From: Felis catus
Lineage: Eukaryota
Direction: 5' to 3'
Assembly (NCBI RefSeq): GCF_018350175.1
Contig: NC_058369.1
Location: forward strand, 17,176,001 to 17,240,000
DNA: 64,000 nucleotides
Shown: positions 26,821 through 38,900 of the stretch, piece by piece
How the letters are laid out: each line of letters opens with the position of its first letter
Position numbering within the stretch: position 1 is the first letter of the stretch
Made by a program: the position numbers and the translations under genes
Notes under the pieces: generated by a model
Databases searched by the model: none
Seen by the model: only the letters and a program-made list of their open reading frames with translations
Told to the model about the DNA's origin: nothing

Positions 26821-27737
26821 CACTAGAGCATGAGCCCCCCGACGACAGACAATACACCACCCTGCTCTTTAAATTCTCACAACTTGGTAAATAACCAAAT
26901 GCTTCAGACCTACTTGTTGAGTTCTAATCAATGGGGGAAAAGAAGTACTTTTTAATGTCACTGGGGTAACCAGATAATCATAAGAAAAAAAATGGATCCA
27001 TCGCTCACACTGAATACCAAGACAAATTCTAAACAGATGAGAATTAAGTGTAAAAAATGAAACCATACAAGTACTAGAAGAACACGTGACTAAATTTCTT
27101 ATCACTACAAGTGAAAGCTTCCTAACTGGATTCAAAAAACACAATTCTATGCTTGGCTGGCTCAGTCAATAGAGCATGTGACTCTTGATCTTAGGATTGT
27201 GAGTTCAAGCCCCATACTGAGGGTAGAGATTTCCTCATGTTGGAGGTAGAGATTACTTAAAAACAAAAAACAATTCTTGGGGTGCCTGGGTGGCTCAGTC
27301 GGTCAGGTGCCAACTTCAGCTCAGGTCATGATCTCATGGTCCGTGGGTTCAAGCCCCATGTCAGGCTCTATGCTGACAGCTCAGAGCCTGGAGCCTTCTT
27401 TGGATTCTGTGTCTCCCTCTCTTTCTGCCTCTGCCTTATGCTCTCTCTCTCGCTCTCAAAAATAAACGTTAAAAAAAAATTTCTTTTTAAATACCACAAT
27501 TCTTTATCTGACTAAATGAATGTCTGGAGGGTACCAAGGTGGTTTAATCAGTTAAGCGTCCAACTTCGGCTCAGGTCATGATCTCGTAGTTTGTGAGTTC
27601 AAGCCCCGTGTCGGGCTCTGGGCTCACAGCTCAGAGCCTGGAGCCTGCTTTGAGTTCTGAGTTCTGTTTCTCCCTCTCTCTCCCCCTCCCTAGCTCATGC
27701 TCGGTCTCTCTCTCTCAAAAATAAACATTAAAAAATA

Positions 27738-27776
<39 letters not shown>

Positions 27777-28732
27777 AATGTCTGGATAACAAAAATATGA
27801 TAAGCAAACTAAATACATTTACTGAAAGACCAGTAAAAAAACATACACTATCTCCTATTCTCAATTATACCTGAGATATCAATGGGCTGTTAAAACAGAA
27901 AGTTTAATACGGCGCCTGGGTGGCTCAGTAGGTTAAGCATCAGACTTCAGCTCAGGTCATGATCTCATAGTTTATGAGTTCAAGCCCACATCGGGCTCTG
28001 TACTGAAGTGCGGAGCCCGCTTCAGATCCTGTCTCCCTCTCCCTGCCCCTCTCCTGCTTGAGTGCACGTTCTCTCTCTCTCAAAAATAAATCAAGTATCA
28101 AACTTGTCTATAAATTCAAATGTTAAGGAAAGAACAAAACCGGGGCTCCGGCTGACTCAGTCAGTAGAGCATGTGATTCATAATCTCTGAAATCATGAGT
28201 TCAAGCCCCACACTTGGTTAAAGATTATTAAAAATAAACTATTAAAAATAAATAAATAAACATTAAAAAATGAAAGAACAAAACCTACATATTTCAAAAG
28301 GAAAAAAAGCATAACTGAGACCAAACTATCAAAGTATCAATTGCAAGGACAACAGAATTAAATTTTCACACAAGCTCAGAAGAATCTTGGCTACAGAAGA
28401 TAAAAATTCCACAAAAAAGTATCCTAGCCACAAGAATTGAATTAAAGAATGGAAAAGACTCAGTATAGTAGAGACTACAAGGAAAACTACAACATACTAA
28501 AATGTTAAGTCTATAAATACTTGTTATGATGTTTAATGCAAATATTAAATGACTCCTGAAAGAGAAGTTTCCCACACTTAAAAAATGGTAATATTCTATA
28601 GGTAAAATTCTGTTGAGGCTCTTTTTTTGTTGTTATTTCTGTTGGATAGTAGCAGTAAAGGAAAGAGCTGTAGACAGTACTTCGTACAGAAACCACTGAT
28701 TCCCCAGTGTTACTGTAAGTTGATGTACTTAC

Positions 28733-28852
28733 CGGAAGTTTGGTGAAGGCCGGGTTGGTGACATGCTTCCCAAAGGCATCTTCCTGGAATTGGAGAAGCT
28801 GTACCACTAGCCCAGCCAGCGTTTTGTTGGTAGGAGCATCTGCGTGAACATA
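28733..28852 (-). CDS. SMARCC1: SMARCC1 coding exon 2 (120 nt, [40 protein letters not shown])
   Basis: Acceptor tctttatcttgcag|TAT and donor CCG|gtaagt. Peptide continues BAF155 in frame. Confidence 0.97.
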
Positions 28853-29243
28853 CTGCAAGATAAAGACAGGAACTCAAAATCTAGGACAATCGTGTGGAAG
28901 AGAATGTTCCCTTACTTCCTATTACATACTAAGCACTGACAAGGTGACAGATTTGCAGAGGTCTGAACCATGCTCTCTGCTGTAAAGGAGCTTACAAAAA
29001 ACAAATACTGAGGGCGGTGAGGAGAAATAACTTTGTCTCTTTAGTTAACAGGTTTCAGAATGAGAGAAACCATGTCCTAGCAATGAATCCAAGTCACCTC
29101 GTGTGCACCTAGACCTAAAGTAGATGGTGAGATCCAAAACCTCAAACTTGAGCCTGACAGTCACTGTAGTGAGATGAGACCTACTAGCAAATGTATTTTG
29201 TTATGTGAGATGAATATAAATAACTTCTGACGAGAGAGTAGAC

Positions 29244-30030
29244 TGTACTGTTTTTAAAACAGACCCACAAATTTCTTTGACACTCTTCTCATTAAGAAAC
29301 AGGGTGTATACAGGGATGCCTGGGTGGGTCAGTCGGTTAAGTATCTGACTTCATGCAGCTCAGGTCATCATCTTGTGGTCTGTGGGTTCGAGCCCTACAT
29401 CAGGCTGTCTGATAGCTCAGAGCCTGGAGCCTGCTTCAGATTCTGTGTCTCCCTCCCTCTCTCTCTCAAAAATAAACAAACATTAAAAAAAAAAAATTAA
29501 GAAAAAAAAAGAAGTAGGGTGTATGCCCTCTTTTGCTGAATCAAGACCAACCTTAATGATGAACTTGGAACCGTTAGAATGCAATAGGGGGAAAAAAGTG
29601 ATATTGTGAACCTCTGAGGATAAGTCAAAAAAGGTTCTACAGCTTCCATGTAGTCCTTTGGGGCAAGTCACCTTCGGAGCCCTGAACTACCATGAAGTCC
29701 AACTACCTAAAGGTCATCATACTTTGAGGAAGCACAGGCTACATAGAGAAGCCACTTGGATATGCCATGGCCAGAAGCCCCAGCTGATATTCCAGAAAAC
29801 TGATGGAACCACCACCAGACACATGAGTAAAAATGGTTCCAGATGATTCTGCCCCCAGCTGTCAAGTCATCCCCAATCATCAAATCTATCCAGTCGAAGC
29901 CCTAGACATCATTGGGCAGAGACAACTGTCCCCACTGCACCCTGACACACAGAAACTTCTAAATTCCTGACACACAGAAACTCTAAGCATAATAAAATGG
30001 TTATTTTATGACAAGAAGTTTTGAATATAA
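29244..30030 (+). mobile_element. MLT1-type (ERVL-MaLR) solo LTR interrupted by a SINE
   Basis: cccacaaatttctttgacact..., agccctgaactaccatg..., gccctagacatcattgggcagagacaa..., aattcctgacacacagaa...aataaaatggtt are typical of MLT1G/H. Confidence 0.7.
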
Positions 30031-30734
30031 TAAAATGGTTAGTCTTATGCATCAAAAAATATATGTATGTAAACTTAAAAATGGTTAGGATGGTGAATTC
30101 TGTTGTTTTTTTACAACAAAAAACATTTTTTTAAACAAGCACATGTGAAAACTTATCTGCATGGCTGTCGACAATGTTCAAAGGTCAAACTAGTGGAAGA
30201 CAGCAAGATAGTTCCACAGCAAGGAAAGATAACGGGCAACATGACAGGAAAAGCATAAATCAGCAAACATAAATTAAATATAAAAGTTTAATTAGGTATT
30301 GAATGTTCAATATCACTTTGAAAAGCCAATACATTAATTTTTGTTAAACCTCCAATTTTGAGCAGGAAAAAACATCTATACCTCCTTGAAATTGAAAAGA
30401 TAACAAATTTTTCTTCCTGGAACAAACCTCTTTCCCAGTATCATCCAACATTTGAAGATTAATGAGGTAAGTTTCTATTACAACAAATAATTTTTAAGTG
30501 ATTTATATATGGCAAAATGGTATCAGCGGCAGTCTACTGTTACTAGATTGAATGGCTCTCAATTTGTACTACAGCCAAGCAAAGATAAAGCATGATATAA
30601 AAAGGCAATTCTTAAAGCTTAGTATCCTCCCACATTTTTATCTATTCAGGTGCATTAGCTTTCCACTCTGACAACCAGCATGCAGTTCACTTTGCTAAGA
30701 CTGGTATTTTGTTGACATGCTTTATATTACATGA

Positions 30735-31218
30735 CCAAAGGTTGGCAAAATCTTGCCCACTGCCTGTTTCTCTGTAGCCCACAAGCTAAGAACAGTTTCT
30801 ACATTTTTAAATGGTTGGAAACAAATTTTTTCTTTAGGGTGGTAATCTTTTATTTTTGATTTTGATTTTTTTTTTTTTTGTAATTTACACCCAAGTTAGT
30901 TGGCATATAGTGCAACAAAGATTTCAGTAGATTCCTTAATGTCCCTTACCCATTTAGCCCATCCCCCCCCCACAACCCCTCCAGCAACCCTGTTTGTTCT
31001 CCATTATTTAAGAGTCTCTTATGTTTTTGTCCCCCTCCCTGGTTTTATATTATTTTTGCTTCCCTTCTCTTATGTTCATCTGTTTTGCATCTTAAAGTCC
31101 TCATGAGTGAAGTCATATATTTGTCTTTCTCTAATTTTGCTTAGCATAATACCCTCTAGTTCCATCCACGTAGTTGCAAATGCAAGATTTAATTCTTTTT
31201 GATTGCTGAGTAATACTC

Positions 31219-31258
<40 letters not shown>

Positions 31259-31692
31259 ACCACATCTTTATCCATTCATCCATCGATGAACATTTGGGCT
31301 CTTTCCATACTTTGGCTATTGGTGATAGTGCTGCTATAAACATTGAGGTTCATGTGCCCCTTCAAAACAGCACACCTGTATCCTTTGGATAAATACCTAG
31401 TAGTACAATTGCTGGGTTGTAGAATAGTTCTATTTTTAATTTTTTGAAAAACCTGGCTGGAAAGAAATTTTAAAGAATAATATTTCTGACACACTAATAT
31501 TAGATGAAATTCAAATTTAACTGTCCATAAGTAAAGTTTTATCCAAACACAGCACACTCATTCATTACACACTGTCTATGGCTGCTTTCATGTAACAGCA
31601 GAGTGGAGCAGTTGCAACTGAGATGACATGACCTGCAAACCCTAAAATATTTACTCTCCTGCCCTTAATAGAAAAATTCTGCCTATTCCTGT
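30735..31692 (+). mobile_element. MER58B-like hAT element split by an L1 insertion
   Basis: caaaggttggcaaa start; the element resumes after the L1 at about 31455 and ends ...aaaattctgcctattcctg. Confidence 0.7.
30826..31453 (-). mobile_element. 5'-truncated carnivore/felid L1 3' end
   Basis: ORF2 C-terminal remnant (MFIAALSPIAKVWKEPKC), 3'UTR and poly(A). TSD tggttggaaacaaatttt / tggctggaaagaaatttt. Confidence 0.88.
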
Positions 31693-32094
31693 TCTAGACA
31701 ACTCCTCTGTCATCCTTATAAAAAGTTTTCTTTTCTAGGGGCGCCTGGGCAGCTCAGTCAGTTAAGGGTCTGACTTCGGCTCAGGTTGTGATCTCACGGT
31801 TTGTGAGTTGGAGCCCCAATCAGGCTCTGTGCTAACAGCTCAGAGCCTAGAGCCTGGAGCCTGCTTCGGATTCTGTGTCGTCTTCTTTCTCTGCCCCTCT
31901 TCTGCTCACATTCTGTCTTTTTCTCTCTCCCAAAAATAAACATTTAAAAAAATTTTTTAAGTTTTCTATGAAGTGTATTCCGTCAAAACACATTTCCATA
32001 AGACCACAAAGTAGAACACCAGTCAAAAAAATGTTAACAAGTTTCATACCATTAAGCACATAAGACGTCAATTTTGTTGATCTAAAATATTTTC

Positions 32095-32212
32095 AAATTT
32101 CAGACCTACTCAGAGTTTCCAATTCAATAGGTCAGGCCCAAGAATTTGCATTTCTAACAACTTCCAGGTGACACAACTAGACTGGGAACCTACTTTAAGA
32201 ACCACTAAACTT
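32095..32212 (+). mobile_element. MER5A-like hAT remnant
   Basis: ggcccaagaatttgcatttctaacaacttccaggtga...ctttaagaaccact. Confidence 0.65.
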
Positions 32213-35152
32213 TTGGGGCACGTGGGTGGCTCAGTAAGTTAAGCATCTGATTCTTGATTTCAGCTCAGCTCATGATCTCATAGTTCGTGGGTTTGAGCCC
32301 TAAGTCTGTGCTGAAAGTGCGAAGCCTGCTTGGGATTCTCTCTCTCTGCCCCTCCCAGACTCATGCTCTTTCTCTCTCTCTCTCTCTCAAAATCAATAAA
32401 CATTTTTTTAAAATAGTGTTTAAGGGGCACCTGGGTGGCTCAGTCGGTTAAGTGTCTGACTATGGCTCAGGTCATGATTTCGTGGGTCCTGAGTTCGAGC
32501 CCCACCTTGGACTCTATGCTGACAGCTCAGAGCCTAGAGCCTGCTTTGTACTGTGTCTCCCTCTCCCTCTGGTCCTCCCCCACTTGAGTTCTGTCTCTCT
32601 CTCTCACAAATAAACATTAAAAAAAATTTTTTTAAACATCGTGTCTAAAAAAGAACCACTAAACTTTTTATTTCATTTTTTTTTATGGAGGCTTCACACC
32701 TAGCGAAGAGCCCAATGAGGGGCTTGAACTCAACCACCAGGAGATCAAGACCTGAGCTGAGATCAACAGTTGGATACATAACCGACTGAGCCACCCAGGT
32801 ACCCTAAGGACCCCTAAACTTTTTAAAAAATCTGTTTCAGATATTACTATGTCTTAAAGAATACAGTTTATTATAACTCAAAAGTTAAAACACATTTATA
32901 CAATTTTTAAATGTTAAAAACTACTACAATTTCCGTTTCCTATATCACCAATTCCTACAAAAACTATCAAGTTTACATTTTTAAGAACCATACACTTTCG
33001 GGGCACCTGGGTGGCTCAGTCGGTTAAGCAGCCGACTTCGGCTCAGGTCATGATCTCGAGGTCCGTGAGTTCGAGCCCCATGTCAGGCTCTGTGCTGACT
33101 GCTCAAGGCCTGGAGCCTGTTTCAGATTCTGTGTCTCCCTCTCTCTCTGACCCTCCCCCGTTCATGCTCTGTCTCTCTCTGTCTCAAAAATAAATAAACG
33201 TTAAAAAAAAAAAAATTAAGAACCATACACTTTCAAGTGAAAATTCAGTATCAGGTTTTTTCCGATTTATTCAACATAGTAAATCTTTTAACAAATAATA
33301 CTCAATTGGTAAGTAATTTGTAACACTCACATTATCTTTTTTTTTTTTTAATCTATTTTGAGAGAGAGAGCAAGCAGGGTAGGGATAGAGACAGAAGGGA
33401 GAGAGAGAATCCCAAACAGCCTCCGTACTGTCAGTGCAGAGCCTGATGTGAGGCTCGAACTCCCATACTGTAAGATCATGACCTGAGGTGAAATCAAGAG
33501 TCAGACGCTTAACCAACTGAGCCACCCAGGCACCCCTCAAATTATCTTAATAGACTCTTCAAATGTATCCTACAGAACTGACAAAATATGGAATATATAT
33601 CCACAAGGTAACTTTATTATCTTTAATAAGTATAGGTTTCTCAAAGGAGTCATACAATGTACTGCAGTTTTTTTTGCACATCGTAAAGCATGAAAGACTA
33701 ATAAGCCTAACTTTTTTATCTTTCAGATACCTGCAGATCACTGAACAATGCCAAATCCTGAAACTGAAAAAGACACCACCTTACAGGAAGGTGTCAGCAA
33801 AAACCAAATCAACCCTTCAGGCAAAAACTAAACTTAGTAACTGTTACATACATAGCTTCATATACATTCTAAATTACACCATTATGCATGTTTCATTTGA
33901 TATACTGTCATTCAGAATACAAAAAACATGTAAAAGTTTCATATGGACAACCTTATAGTTTCAGAATAAAGATGGCCAAGTTCAAAGTCCATTCAGTATT
34001 ATTTAGCTATTTTAAAATCCAATTTTTAAATTACAAAATATTTAACCTTGGTTAGAAACTTTTTTTTCCGGGGCAATGGGTGGCTCAGTTGGTTAAGCAT
34101 CCGACTCTTGATTTCAGCTCAGGTCATGATATCATAGTCATCAGATCAAGTTCCACATCGGGTTCCATGCTGAGTGTGGAGCCTACTTGAGATTCTCTCC
34201 CTTTCTCTGTGCCCATCTCCCCAACTCGCACTTGCACTCTCTCCCTCCCTCAAAAAGAAAAAAAGAAATTAGAAACATAACATTTTTAATTCATAAATAA
34301 ACTGCTACACCAATGCATTAGTGTAAACCATACCTCACACCCACTGAAAATGCAGCCAATGTAGGACTATAACGTTTTATTTGTTTTTTAAGTAGGCTCC
34401 ACACCCAATGTGGGCCTTGAACTCACGACCTTGAGGTTAAGAGTCACATGCTCTGAGTCAGCCAGATACCACTAAAGTTTTTAAATCAACTTTTAAATGT
34501 GTAAAATTAACATTCTGTTTAACCAATAAGAATGAAGCAACATCACCATGGGATGTACACAAAAGTATCATTATCACCTCAAATTTACATAATTCCATCT
34601 TCAGTTACTATCTCATTTGAATCAAACAACAGTCTTATGGGAGTTAGTCTTACTCCCAATCTACAAATGGACAATTAAAACAGGAATCAAGTCATCTGCT
34701 CAAGGACACCACTAATTAGCAGCCAAGAGTACTGAACTCACAACTTCCAAAGTGTAATGCTCTTCACATCCCATACTGCTATAATAGAGCTCATTTCAAA
34801 AGCTTTCAAAAATATCACCTAAAACATAAAAGGTTCTTGGGGCACCTGGGTGGCCCAGTCAGGTAAGTGTCCTACTTCGGCTCACGTCATGATCTCACAA
34901 TGTGTCAGTCCAAGCACACATCAGGCTCTGTACTGACGGCTCAAGAGTTTAAAGCCTGCTTCGGATTCTGTGTCTCCCTCTCTCTCTCTCTGCCCCTCCC
35001 CTGCTCATGCTCTATCTTTCTCACTCTCAAAAATAAATAAACAAAAAAATTTTTTAACATAAAAGGCTCTTGACAGCTTTTAAAACACTGAATCCTGATT
35101 AACAAAAATTAATGACTATAGACTATTTCAGTCATAATCATTTTATCTTTTG

Positions 35153-35970
35153 AATAGTATGGAGGTTTCTCAAAAAGTTAAAAACAGAACTACCCTACAA
35201 CCCAGCAATTGCACTACTAGTATTTATCCAAAGGATACAAAAATGCTGATTTGAAGGAAGGGGCACATGCACCCCAATGTTTATAGCAGTGCTATCAACA
35301 ATACCCAAATTATGGAAAGAGCCCAAATGTCCATCAACTGATGAATGGATAAAGATGTGGTATATATACACAATGGAATCTTACTGGGCGATCAAGAAGA
35401 ATGGAACCTTGCCATCTGCAACAACATGGATGGAACTAGAGGATATTATGCAAAGCAAAATAAATCAGTCAGAGAAAGACAAATATTATTTCACTCATAT
35501 GTGTAATTTAAGAAACAAAACAGGGGCGCCTGGGTGGCTCAGTTGGTTAAGCATCTGACTTCAGCTCAGGTCATAGTATCATGGTTCGTGAGTTTGAGCC
35601 CCGCATCAGGCTCTGTGCTGACAGCTCAGAGCCTGGAGTCTGCTTTGAATTCTGTGTTTCCCTCTCTCTCTGGCCCTCTCCTGCTCATGCTCTCTCTCTC
35701 TCAAAAATAAACAAACATTAAAAAAAAAAATATGAACACAGTGGAAGGGAAGGAAAAATAAGATAAAAACAGCGAGGCAAACCATAAGAGACTCTTTAAA
35801 TACAGAGAACAAACGGTGGATGGGGAGATGGGCTAAATGGGTGATGGACATTAAGGAGGGCACTTGTTGAGATGACCACTGGGTATTGTACATAAGTGAT
35901 GAATCACTGAATTCTATTCCTGAAACCAATACTACACCATATGTTAACTAATTTGAATTTAAATAATAAT
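35153..35970 (+). mobile_element. Carnivore L1 3' end interrupted by a SINE (35522-35730)
   Basis: MFIAVLSTIPKLWKEPKCPSTDEWIK motif and L1 3'UTR. Confidence 0.85.
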
Positions 35971-38900
35971 TTTTTCATCTTTTGATCAAAAAGAAGTTCA
36001 ACAAAAAAAAAAAAAAAAGAAGTTCAACAGCATGTTTTACTTAAGACAACCAAAGACTTTTAGTCTGAAGTGTTTTGATTAAGAATGGCAAGAAGATCTA
36101 AGTTTAGAAAATTGTATCAATGCATCTGTTTATGTTACCTATAACATTGAGTATCCAAAGTTCAACTTGTCTCTGAACAATCCTATTGCAGCCAAGGTCC
36201 CATAAAACAAACAAAAAACTGTCTTTAACTGTTAAATACTTTATGTAAAGAGTACTGAAATGCATTCCTTAGGCAATCTGGTCTGTTTTAGTGATCACCC
36301 TTAGATTTAAATCATCCTGAAATCATCCTGACATCTTAAATCTTATTTTAAGGAATAAGCCAAACCAGGAAGAAACTTACCTGGGACCTTAGTGGTTTAC
36401 AGATATACTTCACCTTCAAGGTATCTGACTTGAATCAATTTAAGGTCAGTGAGGTGTTATCATTTGAAAACCACTCAGAAACTATACTCAGAAATACAGC
36501 TCTCATCTTCATCAAAGTTAGAATGAAAGACATGTACCCAATAATAGAAAGAAGGCAGCTCAGGCAGGAGATGAACAAGCTTCTACATTGCAGCTGGGAC
36601 TTAAAATGCAACCTCAGGGCACCTAGGTGGCTCAGTTGGTTAAGCATCTGACTCTTGCTTTCAACTGATATGATCCCAGCGTCGTGAGATTAAAGGCCAT
36701 GTCGGGCTCTGTGCTGAGCATGGAGCCTACTTGAGATTCCGCCCCCCCCCCCAGCCCCTCTCCCCGCTCTCTAAATAATAAAAATAAAATAAAAATGCAG
36801 GGCACCTGGGTGGCTCAGTCAGTTGAGCATGTGACTTCCACTCAGGTCATGATCTCAGGGTTCATGAGTTCAAGCACCACGTTGGGCTCTGTGCTGACAG
36901 CTCAGAGCCTGGAGCCTGCTTCAGATTCTGTGTCTCCCTCTCTTTCTGCCCCTCGCCCACTTGCACTGTCTCTCTCTCTCTCTCTCTCTCAAAAATAAAA
37001 AAAAAAAATAATAAATTAAAAAAAATAAATAAAAATGCAATTTCAAGCCAATAGGTAACCGCCCTATGCTTCCCTCAAGGAGTCACCTCCTCTGGACTTC
37101 TCTGGCCTAGCTGAAGCTCATTCCAGTGAAAAAATATTCACTCTCCTTTGTGTGCTGCTGAGCCAAATTTATCAACAAAGCTTAAACAAATAGGTTCCTA
37201 GTTAATCTGTTCATTCATTCATTGAACAAACATGGACAGAGCACTTACTAAGGACACATAGAAAATAAAAATACAAGTTTTCTTTCAATTTGAAACCACG
37301 TGAGTTTTACAAGTAGGTGTCTATGCCTACCTTTACCACTACATTTTCTGCTACGTTCCACTAAGTTCTTTGATGAGAGGCATTAAGTGTGGCAAAAAAA
37401 AAAAAAAAAAATGGGGATTTACAGCCAGAGAAGACCTTCATTGAATTCTAAATCGGCCATTCCTACTTGTAATCTTGAGAAGTCACTTAAATCTGGAGCT
37501 GTGGGTTCCGTTCATGTATAAAATTAAATAAATATCTATTACTTAAGACTGTTGTAAGAATTTCAGTGAGTTATGGTTTAAGTGCCCAGATATGATTAGA
37601 TGCCAAGTTGTTAGCAGAATGCATGGATAAACTTATCAATATAAATGGGACTACCAATGTCATATTTATTTCATAATTGCTGATATTTATGAATCTGAAA
37701 ATGCAGTATTAAGTGCTACAGAAAAGTTTAGTTAAAACCCAACAATGTGTACACCAAGTAGAGATATATAGGGTGTTCTGGCTAATACTTTCACCACTCC
37801 AAACACCACTCTCTGAGGCTGACAGGATTCTGGGTGTCAGGTCTAAGGAATATACAATTCTGAATTGGAGGGGACCCAGGGAATATACTCTGGCCTTATG
37901 AAACCCTGAGAATATTCACCCAATGGCCTCAATACTCTAAGACAAATCCTTGAGCCAGCCTCATAACCACTTCCTCGCCCACCAAACACAACCAAGCCTT
38001 CAGCTGCTCTCTTAGAACTGGGCCCAAACAGATGCACACAAAGTTTGGAGGTAGAAATGACTATTTCTCTTTTTCCTTTCTCTTCCTTGATATCCAAAGG
38101 AATATTCCTCATATTTCTGCTAAAACTACATTGATAAACTTGGGGCACCTGGGTGGCTCAGTCGGTTAAGCTGTCAACTTTGGCTCAGGTGATGATCTCG
38201 TGGTCCGTCAGTTCAAGCCCCGCATTGGGCTCTGTGCTGACAGCTCAGAGCCTGGAGCCTGCTTCGGATTCTGTGTCTCCCTCTCTCTCTGACCCTCTCC
38301 CACTAATGCACACGTGCGCGCGCTCTCTCTCTCTCTCTCTCTCAAAAATAAACATAAAAAAAAATTTTTAAACTACATTGATAAACTAATATGTCAATTA
38401 TACCTCAATAAAGATATCCAAATAGGGGAGGGGCAAGGCTACATTAAGATACACTGAATTTAAAACCCAAAGCATTGGCTGAAGGGCATGTGATAAAAAA
38501 TAACACTTTCATAATATATATTCAATTCCCATAACCCATATATATATATATAACCCAATACATATTCAATTCCCATAACTTCTAGAAGCTCTGCTGCCTA
38601 CACAAGAAAAGTGACCAATTTATCACTGTATTAGGGAGAGCAATATTCTTGTCTGCATACATGCAGATGACAAAAACTGGGAATCCCAAATGTGACTGCA
38701 AAATTTTGGGCAGAAAAAAGTCAAATTATCTAAAAATATATTATAAATAAAAATATATTTGGTCTCTCACTTCCTAAAACTTCTGTAAGAAACAGTCATT
38801 TCTGAAAGCACACAACGTAACGTCAAAGGAACACAACATCCTGCCCCTGCCTATCAACCTCCAAAAGCTGACAGACTCCACTGAGCTGCGGAACTCAAAT

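Noticed and set aside
36375..36386. ACTTACCTGG resembling the U1 snRNA 5' end
   Set aside because: No further U1 sequence follows; it is just the complement of a 5' splice-site motif.
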